Part shown: one piece after another, positions 1 through 12,200 of the stretch
How positions within the stretch are numbered: the first letter of the stretch is position 1
Layout of the letters: the number at the start of each line of letters is the position of its first letter
From: Callorhinchus milii
Taxonomy: Eukaryota
Assembly: GCF_018977255.1 (NCBI RefSeq)
Contig: NW_024704742.1
Coordinates: 64,916,001-64,980,000, forward strand
Length of the DNA stretch: 64,000 nucleotides
Reading direction: 5' to 3'
Notes under the pieces: generated by a model
Seen by the model: the letters and a program-made list of their open reading frames with translations, nothing else
Told to the model about the DNA's origin: nothing
Databases searched by the model: none
Program-made: the position numbers and the translations under genes

Positions 1-142
1 TGGGCGAGGAATGGGGTCAGCAGTTTTGAATGAGGTGGAGCTTGTATGGATCTGGGGGGACTGGTAAGGAGTGTGTCAGAGAAGTCAAAATAAACAAATA
101 ATTTAGTACAGACCAAAAACTCAATATACTGATATATAGATT

Positions 143-3136
143 TTTATTTATTTAAGTTTAGAAAAATATATTTATTGCACTCTGTCCTGTAGATCCTGGT
201 TCACACACCTTTATGGCTTGGATTTCACAGTGGTCTACATTGCTACTCAATGCAAGAGCTCACATTAAAAAAATACACAAGTCGATACGACTTTTGCTGG
301 TTAGAGGTAATAGTCTCGACACAACTAGACGTATGCATATACATACGGTGGTGTTCATCTAAATTTAGATAAACAAAAAATAATAATTTGTTCACTCAAT
401 CCATGACTTTTTGTGGGGCACTGCTGTGCGCAACTGGCTGTCTTGTTTCTTGGCTGTCAATTCACTTTACAGTATATTCTGTGAAGCACTTTGAGACGTC
501 TCAAAGACGCGATGAGGCATTACATCAAATGCAAGGATCATTATTATTTGATAAAACGTACAAAATACTGCAAATCCTTTCTGCGGCTAAAACTAACTAA
601 AATATTCCACTGACATTGTCTGACGCTTAATGCTCTTTAGATACAAAGCTAAAAGCTTTCTGCAATGTCTCAGTTTGTCAAGGTTTTCCCCACTGTTCAG
701 CTGAGCCATGATGAAAGTTTACATATGCTCACAACAATCTACTACTACAACCTGAGCACCAGCAGAAAAATAGGTCCTGTATTGCTACCATTTAAAACCA
801 CTGGAAATTTGGATGATAAAATCACTGCCCAGAGGAAAATCCAAGCCTTTAAGTTTTACAAAAAGTTGAGAACGATCTAACAATATTCTCTTCTTCACTT
901 TATATATACATATATAAAATTACATATAGATCTCACAGATTTCTTGTGTTCAAAATATCCTATGTACATTTTCTAAACAATTTGCAATATACATAAAATG
1001 TAAAATATTTATTTACATATAATCATAGTTGACAATGTAGTCATTCAACTTTAAGTTAGTAGTAATGTAGTTAAAAGATTTAACGCTGTTAAAGTCCCAT
1101 GTTGTTGCATTGTATTCATAACCTGCTCAAAAAATAGTACTTAACCCATCATTCAACCTGTTCTAGGTTTGATGTAGGATGCTCTGAACTGACATTAAAA
1201 CCAGGAGCATTAACCACAGATATAATGCTACTCTTACCAACGTTGTATCATTGCCTGGAGGTCATGTTGAGGGTTTCTGATTAACAATGCAGAGTCATAC
1301 AAATATTAGTATATTAAATTAACTATCAAAACATTTTCTCAAAAAGTATAAATCTGTCAGTAAATTTATGGAATTGAACAACTTTAACGCTACTCAAAAT
1401 GAGGATACATTTGCATTATTAATACTACAAGATTTGAGCCTTTCCCTCCTCCCAATTGTTCAACCGTTTGAGGGCCTTGAATATTTGTTTACCAAATATG
1501 ATGATACTTTATTCTATTTAAAAACTATTCCATTGTTTAAATAATAACTCAAATTGTTTTAGCTCTCCACCACATTCTTTGAATACATTTTCTCCCTCTC
1601 TTTAGATTCTCTCACTTATTCAGAAGTACGGGAAGAGTTAGAGGGAAGAGGGTAGAAGAATCATTTTTATGACGAGGGGTTATTAAAACATGAAATGCTT
1701 TGCCAAATAATTTAAAAGGGAATTGGGATTATAGGGTATATACCTCATCTAGATAAGATAGCATAGCATAGGGTAGATGGCATGAATGGCCTCCTCCTGT
1801 GCTACAATTTATCTGGTTCCGTGAACTTCCAGGTCATGAATGTAGTGGTCAAGCTATTTCCAGTTGTTTGGTTCATGTGGGAATAGCTTGCCTGTCAACT
1901 TTCTGTATCTTCCTTGGAGAAAGAGGTTTGCTTTCACTTGGTGTCTCCCTCAGTCAGCATAGACACGACATGGAATTTGACACATCTGTGATTGTGGATG
2001 TAATCATACCCAACCCATAATTCAGGCCAGAACAGGAATGTCAATGTGCCAACATAATCCACTCATTTGTACTGTAAAAATACACTGGGTCAGAAATTAG
2101 CAGCAAACCAGATTCACAGTTGTTGTATGTAAAAATACAGTACTCCAAAAGTTAACACTTGCCATCCTGAAACGTTAAACCAAGATCCCGTCTGCCTTTG
2201 TAGTCAGGCTTCAGTCTTTCTGCCCCTGCTCTCTGGAATAGGGATTTACTGAATGTCTCATTACTACCTTTGTTACTGTGGTGTCAATGTCAATTTCTGC
2301 AGTTGGGAGTTAACAGGCCATATTTCGAAACACTGTATTGTGATTTCTTATATAATCTACAAGAAAAACAAGTGGTGTGACTAGTGGGTTGGGGGGTGGG
2401 GGGAGAAGGGGGTGGAGAATTCTTCAAATTGAAAGAGCTGTAATATCCCAGACCGCAGCGAGGCTACTCTCACACGAACAGTACTCTGAACTGCAGAACA
2501 CACAGGTTACCCATGCATACATTCCACACCGGCAACACAAGGGCTAAAGCTTCTAATCTGTACCATTTTCACTTTTTTCTAGTTCTTGACACCTGGTAAG
2601 GGGTTTCTGCATGTGCCAGACACTCATTTGACCTAAGAAAAATTGTAGAGTTGAGTTTGATACCGTGGGTAAATTCTGTGGTGCACACCCATGCTTTGTG
2701 GAAAAACTTCTGTTTCTGTAAACTGAGACTAAAATGATTTGGTTAAGTATTTAGAATCTCATCTGAAAAAGTTAACACCAGATCCAGATCACGATGGGTG
2801 GAATAGTTCCATAGTTATTTCCATCATTATGCAAGAATAGGCAGGGTCAGTGTGAAGGGTGAGTTTGTTTAAGCAAAGGCTTACCTTAAGTGAGACACTA
2901 TATTTTTCATAATTAACGTTTGACACAAGCTCACATTAGCTCTTGTTTTCTTGTCCTTTTCCAAGACAGTATTGTTTAAACTCTCTTCGAACTTCTGAAG
3001 ATGTAGTTTTAAATATAAATATAGCACATTATATATATATATATATTTCAAGTCATCATATATTTTCATGTTGTCAGTGAACCATTTTCAGTTTGTTTGG
3101 CATTAAAAGCTTCCAGTCAATATTTTAAAGTTGGTA
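143..3136 (-). other. SH3BP2: Probable SH3BP2 3' UTR with candidate AATAAA signals at 143-148, 171-176 and 1508-1513
   Basis: AT-rich, relatively repeat-poor sequence after the stop; TTTATT on + at these positions; the true end is unknown. Confidence 0.4.
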
Positions 3137-3274
3137 TCATAGTAGGTTTTTATAGCCGTAAGGCTCACGGAGCCTTAGAGAAGTATGGGATGGTAGCAAA
3201 TTGTGGTAGTAAAAATCAATCATGTTTGCGAGACTGGTGAACTTGGTGTCACTCTCAAGAAAGAACTTGGAGTC
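3137..3274 (-). CDS. SH3BP2: SH3BP2 last coding exon, end of SH2 and TGA stop
   Basis: [45 protein letters not shown]; tacag| acceptor; stop at 3137-3139. Confidence 0.95.
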   Translation of the reverse strand, partial: DSKFFLESDTKFTSLANMIDFYYHNLLPSHTSLRLREPYGYKNLL

Positions 3275-6200
3275 CTGTAACAAAAACAGAAAGAATGGGG
3301 TCTATTATAATAATATAATTAAAATCTTTGCATTTGATATAGTGTCTTATCACGTCATTGAGCCGTTTCAAAGCGCTTCACAGGATATACTGTAAAGTGG
3401 ACCAACTGTATTTTGTGGGCGAAACACCCATAAACTACACAGCACAGCAATGTCCCACAAACAGGCATTGATTGAATAACCAAATTTATTTTTTGAGGGA
3501 TTATTACCCCGGAAAGCGATCCGCCAATCAACTAACAACTGGGTTCCTACTTTCTGCTAGATAAACAGAGGCGTGTGGAGTAAGGAAACTTGCCTAACGT
3601 TTCGCCCTACCTGGGAATCAAAACGGGTCTTCTTGCTTGCGAGCACACTAACCATTACTCTACGGGACTCCATTTAATTATATTAATCCTTATATTATTA
3701 TGCACATTGTGTAAAATATGTGTAAATGCCGCCATTTATTAAGCAGCTTTGCATAAACTAAATATAAATGTGGTTTCCAAGTGGTCAACATAACAGACAC
3801 CATTAATTACAACAATAATGTCCTCCTACATCAGAAATCCAATCAATGCAAAAGACTTTGTATATTTATAAAAATACACAGGATCCAAAAAGAACTGGAT
3901 TGACCCAAATTGGTCCACATATTCTTGAACACTACAACAACCTAAATTTTTATTGAGCCTTTCATGTTGGGAGGACATCCCAAAATGCTGGACAGTAAGT
4001 GGTCTGCACCCGAGCTGTGGGTTGGGATCAGGGAGGGGGTGAGGGCAAGGTGGGGTGGAGAAGGGAAGATGACCGAAAGCACGATCAAAAAGGTCTTGAG
4101 ATGGGCCTTGAAGGAAACAAAGGAGCGGGTGAGGCGGAGAGGCTGCGGGATGGCGTTCCAGAGGGTTGGGACAGGCTCTACTCTTGGTGGTTGAAGGCTC
4201 AACCGCTGATAGTAGAGCAGGCAGGGCGGAGGATGTAGAGTAGCCAGTGCCTACAGAACATAGGGAACAGACAGGTTGGTGAATCTTTAATAGGTCACAG
4301 AGGTAGGGAAGAGCAAAACCATGGTGGGCTTTAAAGGTGAGGACAAAGATCTTGAACTCGATCCTCTGGGGGATGGAAAGTCAGTGAAGCAAGTAATGTG
4401 GATGATCGGCTCATGAAGCTTACTGTGGGAGAGGATATGAGCTGCAGAGTTCTGAATAATCTACAGCTTGTGGAGGAAAGAATTGGGAAGTCTGGCGAGC
4501 AGGGAGTTAGTGTAGTCAAGCCTGGATGTAATAAAAGTGTGGATGAGGGTTTCAGCAGCCTGAAGAGACCGAGAGTGTCAGAAGCAGGCAATGTTCTGGA
4601 GATGGGGAAGGCAGAGCGAGACATGGCACGGATGTGGGGTAGAAAGGACAGTTGAGGGTCAAACATGACGTCAAGTTTCCGGAGTGGCTTAGCATGGTGG
4701 AGTGTGCAACCATGGATGGTGATGCTATCAGTGCCTGAAATGTGGAGGCGCTGACTGAAGCCAATCAGGAGAGCCTCAGTCTTGTTGACATTCAACTGTA
4801 GAAAGTTAGCTCTCATCCAGGACTTGATGTCTGACAGACATTCTGTCAGGACAGCAGTGGTCCTGGAGTCGAGGGTGGAGGCAGCGATAGAGTTGGGGTC
4901 TCTAGACACTATTTATCCCCTTTATATTATTCCCCTGCCCTCATACTTTGGTATTAGTAGCAAGTTTTATAATGTTAAAAGAAAGTACATTTAAGTTTAA
5001 AAAAAGCTTTATGAAATTTTACTCACCGTTGCAAAAATTCTATAATTTCTCACTTTTTTCTCTGACTCGTCCCATACAACTAAAACCTTGAGGAAAAGAA
5101 AAATAACACAATTATTTTTAATTACTTCCTGCACACTGTAGATATTAGACTAATAATCCTTGCACATGACATAGCGCATTATCACTTTGTTGAGACATCT
5201 CAAAGCGCTTCACAGAATATACTTACAGTGTATTGACTGTATATTTTGTGGGCGAAATGGGGCAACCAGTTGCATACAGCAGTCATGGATTAAGTGACCA
5301 AATTATTTATTTATGAAGGGATTATTACCCCCAGAAAGCCATCTGGCAATTGACTTAACAACCGGGTTCCTACTTATAATAATCCTTGCATTTGATATAG
5401 CGCTTTTCACGTCCTCTAGACATCTCAAAACGCTTCACAGAATGTAAAGTGAATTGACTGTACATTTGTGGACGAAATGCGGCAGCCAATTGTGCACAGC
5501 AGTGTCCCACAAACAGTTGTGGGTTTGAAGTGACCAAATTATTATTGTTTTATTTTCTTGAGGGATTATTATTAGGCGTGTGGAGTAAGGAAACTTCCCT
5601 AAGGCTTTGCCCTGCCCGGGAATCAAACCAGGATCCTCTCGCTAGCGAGGCGAGTGCTCTAACCAATAAGCTACAGGACTTCCAAATAGTGTTGAAGGAA
5701 ATGATGAAAACTAGTACAAACAGTCATACCTGACCAGTCCTTGAAGAGGAATTCCGTATGCCGTATAATCCATTCAATGGTTTATGAGCAGGACTCCCAG
5801 ACTTGAATAACCTTTAATAGACAGGTGAACAATTTTATCGCATTTTATCAGTTCAAGGGTTTGTTAAAAATAAACTCAACTTTATTTTGAAAATAAAAAC
5901 TGGCAAATCCAACATAGTTTCACATTCGGAATTAGCTGATCTTAGCTAGAGCGGTGGTAGCATTCTAGGCTTGTGTGTGGGTTGTGGTGTGTGCGCATGT
6001 GTCTTACGTGTGTCTGTGGGGTGTGTGGAATGTGTGTGCTGACCTAATTCCCGAAAGAATTAGGCATTATATAAATGCAACTTGTAGTTGTCACTTTTTC
6101 CTGTTTTCTTCAAATGAAAATCAGAGTACAGATGGTATCCTGTTAATTGGTAGTTCAATTGTGCGATCCATAAATTGACTGTGTGGCTCAGCCAGTTTCT

Positions 6201-9200
6201 TGGACACAACCATTGAAACAGATATCAGGGGAAGGGTTCCCTCCAGAACACCCAGGCAATTGGTGTGCTACTTACCACATGTTGCTATATTGATTACCAG
6301 TGACAATTAGTACATAGGTCCAAGAGAACCCAAATGCCATGTTAGCTTTCCAGCTTCACAACAATATATTAGTCTTCTGACGTGGAAGTCAGTCATACAA
6401 TCAGACATTTATTCGACCCATCGAGTCTGCACTGGCTCTCAGAGCAAGCTGTCCATTCAATCCCATTGCTCTGCTTTATGCCCATACACCTTCAAACATC
6501 TATCCTTCAAATACTGCAGATTGTATTTACATAAAATTGACCATCGCTGCCCTGAATAATTACCTTTCGACATCACTGGATTCAGTTGTGTTGATAAATA
6601 CCGAGGAAGGCAGTTGCACCTACAACAGAAGCACAGAATATAAAGTCAGCTCACGTCAGTTCCCTCTTTTTTTGCAGCCTCCTTCAATCCTCTGGTGGCT
6701 CATAGCATCTGGAGTAGGATATTTGACCTATTGAGCCTTATCCGTTAGCAGGACGATAGATGGAGCCAAGTCTACAGAATATCAGCCTGGTGCAGTGTTA
6801 GCGCTCTCGCCTTTTGAGTCAGAAGGTTGTGGGTTCAAGCCCTACGTGGGGTCCCAGGATCCGTTACTGTAAAGCGCTCTGAGAAACCGTCCGGCATGAA
6901 GGGTGCTATATAAATCCAAGTTGTTGTTGTTGTTGTTGACTTGGAATCGCTTAGTCTAAGCTGACACTTCAACGTAGTGCTGGGGGAATGTTGCATTGTT
7001 GGATGGCAAGAATGGTGCCATCCTTAAGCTGAGATGTTAAACAATTGTCCTGTCTCCCTGTACAAATGGATATTAAAGATCCTATGGCACTAATAATAAT
7101 AATAATAATCCTTGCATTTGATATAGCGCTTTTCACGTCGGGAGGACGTCCCAAAGCGCTTCACAGAAGACACTGTAAAGTGAATTGACTGTATATTTGT
7201 GGGCGAACGCGGCAGCCAATTGCGCACAGCAATGTCCCACAAACAGTCGTAGATTGAAAATGACCAATTTATTATTGTTTTTGATTTTGGAGGGATTATT
7301 ATTAGGCTCTGTGTGGAGTAAGGAAACTTGCCCAAGGTTCAATAAAGGGAGTTTCTCTCAGTGTCCTGGTCAACAATCCCCAAAATAAAATTGGTCACTC
7401 ACTTCAAGCTTGTTTGTGGGACACTGCTGTGCACAATTGGCTCCCGTGTTTCACCCACAAAATACACAGTCAATCCACTTCACAGTATATCATTCAATTG
7501 CTTTGAGACGTGATAAGGCGGTATATCAAACGCAAGTATTATTATTATCTGTGGCCAGGCAGCTGCTTTGGAACCAGGTCTGTACTCCTACAATCTCTGA
7601 GGGTGCTCCTATCTTATCACTGCTGCTACAGAGCTAAATCTCAAGCATTCCTAATTACTAGTTATTCACATGATCAGATACATTGCTTCTGTTATTGCTT
7701 TTCTCCCCTTCACCCTGCTCCACAAATCCATTTTCACCTGGTTCCTCTAGCTCCCAGTCTGGCCTTAAAATCCTTTCGCAATCTTGCCCTTTCCTGCCTT
7801 CTCCATAACAGTAGATAATCAAAGTTACACTCGATCGATTTATTGATAAACAAAGGTGAACACTGCTCTGTATACATGATACACATCAACAGTTCTCTTC
7901 CTTTCTCTTGTCTATCCTTGGGCCACCTCCCCTGCCTTGCAACTAGCTGATAGTTCCACTAGAGGTCATTGTAGGCCAAGCTCCTTCACATCACATTCAT
8001 CTGCAAAATGATCACGTTTAAGAATTAATGTTTTACCACGAATAGCTCTTGAATGAATCAATAACATTTCAAATATTTGAAGGAAAAAAAGAGAGCAGAG
8101 GAATGGGATTAGGCTTCCGTGGGGGAGGTGGCACGATCGCAGACATGACAGGGTAAAATGGCCCAATTCTGTGCAGTCAACATTGTTCGATTCTATTCTA
8201 TTGTTACGTACCCCGTCTCTATCAAGCTTCAATATTACATTTACCAACATTAATAATAATAATAATCCTGACATTTGATACCACGCCTTATCGTACTGTT
8301 GAGACGTCTCAAAGCGCTTCACAGGATATACTGTAAAGTGTAGTGACTGTATATTTTGTGGGTGAAACACAGCAGCCGATTGCACACAGCAGTGTCCCAC
8401 AAACAGTGGTGGGTTGAGTGATCAATTAGTCATGGAATGATGTGATTAATTTATTATTATTATTTTAAAAAATGTCGGCGGACTGGAGGCTGGGATGGTG
8501 AGGAGGTCAAACATGATGGCAAAAACAGGGGGAAAAACGTGTGTTTTGCAATCCTGGCGAGTGGGCTCAATCGGAGTCCCATTGGAGCTGCGCGGGGGAG
8601 GGCAGGAGTTCGTGGACTGGACCGGGGACCGAGGCGTCTTCACACGAGCGGGGCCTAACCCGCCGCCTGGAGCGAGGTCTCAACTCGATGCCTGGAGCGG
8701 GCCACTGGCAGACCCGCGAAGCCGAGCTGGGCTGGAGTCCAGCCCTGGGGGTGGAGTCCAATTCCCCAAACAGCTTCAAGATCCAACGTGGGGACCGAGG
8801 CCCCGCCCACCTGAACGCGCAGAACCAACGTGAGATTCACCATCGCGGCCTCGGCAATGGCGGCCATCGCTGACGCTCCTGGTCAACAGCCAACCGGAGA
8901 CCACCTGCCGCGTGACGTCACATCCGCCCGCCACCTTTGAATCTCTGAGCCTGGACTCACTGGGACTGTAACATTGCTCCCCCCTCTCTCCATGATGATC
9001 TACCCCAGAGGGCTAATCATTCCTCTCTGACCCCTCCCCTCTCCCCATGATGATCCACCCCAGAGGGTTAACCATGCCTCTCTGACCCCTCCACCACCGC
9101 CATTCGCTCTTAATCTTGGAGTGTGCATTTTGGCTGCTGCCACCGAACCGAGCTGCTTCCCCATAATGCTCCCACCCCTGTCCTCTACCCTCTACTACTT

Positions 9201-12200
9201 CCACTCGGTCTCCTCTCCCACCGCCCTCCCCGACTCCTATCCCCGCTCGATCGTCCCACAGCCTCCCTCTGCTCCAGTTTGTGAATCCTCAGTCGGGCCC
9301 ACCATGGCAGACCTGTTGGCTGTTCAACAGTAGCCACTCTGACTGCCCTGTCACCCATTCTCGCCACAAGGCCCATTGGTCCCTGACCATGGGTGCCAAC
9401 CTCTCCTTCCATATCCACATCCCCACCCTCCCTATCAGTCCACCCCATCCCCACCCTCGCCCCCCACATTCCACCACCAACTGTCCCCTTTGCATCCACC
9501 TACAAAACGTCTGTTCCCTCTCCAACAATACACTCACCATCCAAGATCTCATTATCGATGAAAACATTGATATTCTCTCCCTCATTGAAACCTGGGTCAC
9601 CCCAGGCGACACCTTAATAATATTAATAATCCTTGCATTTGATATGGCTCTTTTCACGTCTTCTAGACGTCTCAAAGCACTTCACAGAATAGACTGTAAA
9701 GTGAATTGACTGTATATTTGTGGGCGAAATACCGCAGCCAATTGCGCACAACAGTGTTCCACAAACAGTTGTGGATTGAAATTACCAATTTATTATTGTT
9801 TTTTGTTTCAGGGATTATTATCACTGCCCCGGATAGAGGCAACACCACCCGGCTACACCTTCCATCATGCCCTATGACCTAACGCTGTGGTGGTGGGGTG
9901 GCTCTCATCTCCCGGTCCCCACTCAGCCTATCCCCCTTACTCCTCTGGAGACTTCCCCTCCTTCAAGCACCTTATCCTTTATTACCTCGCCAACCTTTCC
10001 CTCAAAATTCTCCTTATCTAACACCCCCCAGGCCTTCCCCACCTTCAACCCCGACATCTCCACCCTCCTATCTTCCTTCTCCCTCTGCTCCGAATGCATC
10101 CTCATCTCTGCGACTTCAACCTTCACTTCACCCCATCCTGCTCTGTCTCTGATGACTTCTCCTCCCTTATCTCATCCCTCAACCTCTCCCTCCACATCCA
10201 CTCTGCCACCCAGGTCTGCGGTCACCTCCTCGATCTGTTGATCACTCGGGGCCTCACCATCTCGGACCTCACCATCATCAACAAAGCGATCTCAGACCAT
10301 CACTTCATCTCCCTTAACTCCTCAATCCCTCTCCCCCACCACCATCCAACTCGCCTCCATCTCCTACCGCCCCTGGAAAAAAATCTCCCCCCTCCCCCCA
10401 CTCCCACTCAGCTGCCTTGGAGTCATCTGAACTCCTGCCCCTGTGGGATTCCACCTGCAATGACCTATCCTCCTCGGTCACTCTTCTCCACAGCTCCCTC
10501 TCCTCCACTCTCGATTCCCTTGCTCCCCTCTCTTCCCGAACCGTCTCCTATTCACAAAAGTCACCATGGTACACCAGCCACCTCCGCTCCCTTAAAGCAC
10601 AGATGCGTGCTGCTGAGCGCACCTGGCTTCACTCAAACTTAACGGTCCATCGGCAGATCTGGCTGGATCCTATCAAGTCTTACCGCTCATTCCCTCGCCT
10701 CCGCTAAATCGTTGTTCTACTCCAAGACAATCTTGGACAACTCCAGGCTGCTCTTCTCCATCACCAACCGGCTCCTCGCCCACCCTCTCACACCTCGCCC
10801 ATCCTCACCTCAAATGACAAATGCGAGGAATGCTGCCCTTCCTTGAATCCAAAGTAGAGGGGATCTGCTCAGCTGCCTGTCATTCCGTCTGCTACACCCT
10901 CCCCATCTCCCCCTCCCACTCCAGCCCCGATCTATCCCTCTCTCCACACCTTTGAATCTGTCTTCTACTCCTCTCTCACCACACTATAACCAGCATGAAG
11001 CCAACCACCTGGCCCTCGACCACATCCCTACCCCTCTCCTTACCTCCCAGCTTCACCTCCTTGCTCCTCTACTCACAGACATCGTAAACCTTTCCCTGTC
11101 CACTGGTACTGTTCCCGCCCCATTAAAAAGAGCTGTCATCACTCCTATCCTTAAAAAACCCTCCCTGGATCCATCTCTACTCTCTATCCCCATCTCCAAC
11201 CTCTCCAAGTCCTGGAAAGAGTTGTTGCTTCCCAGCTTTGCTCCTTCCTCTCCCACCACGCCCTTCACGAAACCCTCCAATCAGGATTCCATGCCGCCCA
11301 CAGCATAGAAACAGCCCTGGTCAAAGTGACAAATGACATTCTGTCAATCTGCGATCAGAGCTCTCTCTGCCTCCTCGTCCTCCTTGATCTCTCTTCTGCC
11401 TTCGACACCGTCGACCACTCTATCCACTGCCTCTCCTCTCACCTCAACCTTCACAGTTCTGTCCTTGACTGGTTCAGATTGTACCTCTCACACCACCTCC
11501 ACTTCATCTCCACAAAAGATTTCTCATCTAGCCCTCACCATCTTGTGCGGCGTTCCTCAGGGCTCTATCCTTGGTCCCCTCCTCTTCGATATCTACATGT
11601 TCCCTCTTGGTGATATCATCCACAGACATGGGGTCAACTTCCACATGTATGCGGATGACACCCAACTCTACCTCTCTGCCTCCACCCTGGACTCCAGGAC
11701 CACTGCTGTCCTGACAGAATGTCTGTCAGACATCACGTCCTGGATGAGAGCTAACTTTTTTCAGTTTGAATGTCAATAAGACCGAGGCTCTCCTGATTGA
11801 TTCCCGTTAGTGCCTCCACACCTCAGGCGCTGACAGCATCACCATCCATGGTTGCACACTTCCACCTTGCTAAGCCAGTCCGTAACCTTGGGGTCTTGTT
11901 TGACCCTCAACTATCCTTTCTACTCCACATCCGTACCATGACCCGCTCTGCCTTCCCCCACCTCCACAACATCACCCGGCTCTGCCACTGTCTCACTCTG
12001 CAGGCTGCCAAAACTCTCATACACACTTTCATTACATCAAAATTTGACTATGCAAACTCCCTGCTTGTCGGCCTTCCCAACTCCTTCCTCCATAGGCTCC
12101 AGATCATCCGGAACTTTGCAGCCTGTGTCCTCTCCCGCACCACGCTCTGTGCCCCTATTACCCCCATCTTTCACTGGCTTCCCATCACACAGAAGATACA

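Noticed and set aside
7090..7388. Recurrent ORF family (MGKFPYST..., ...[21 protein letters not shown]...) resembling a multigene family
   Set aside because: These are translations of SINE copies; the frames are not conserved between copies.
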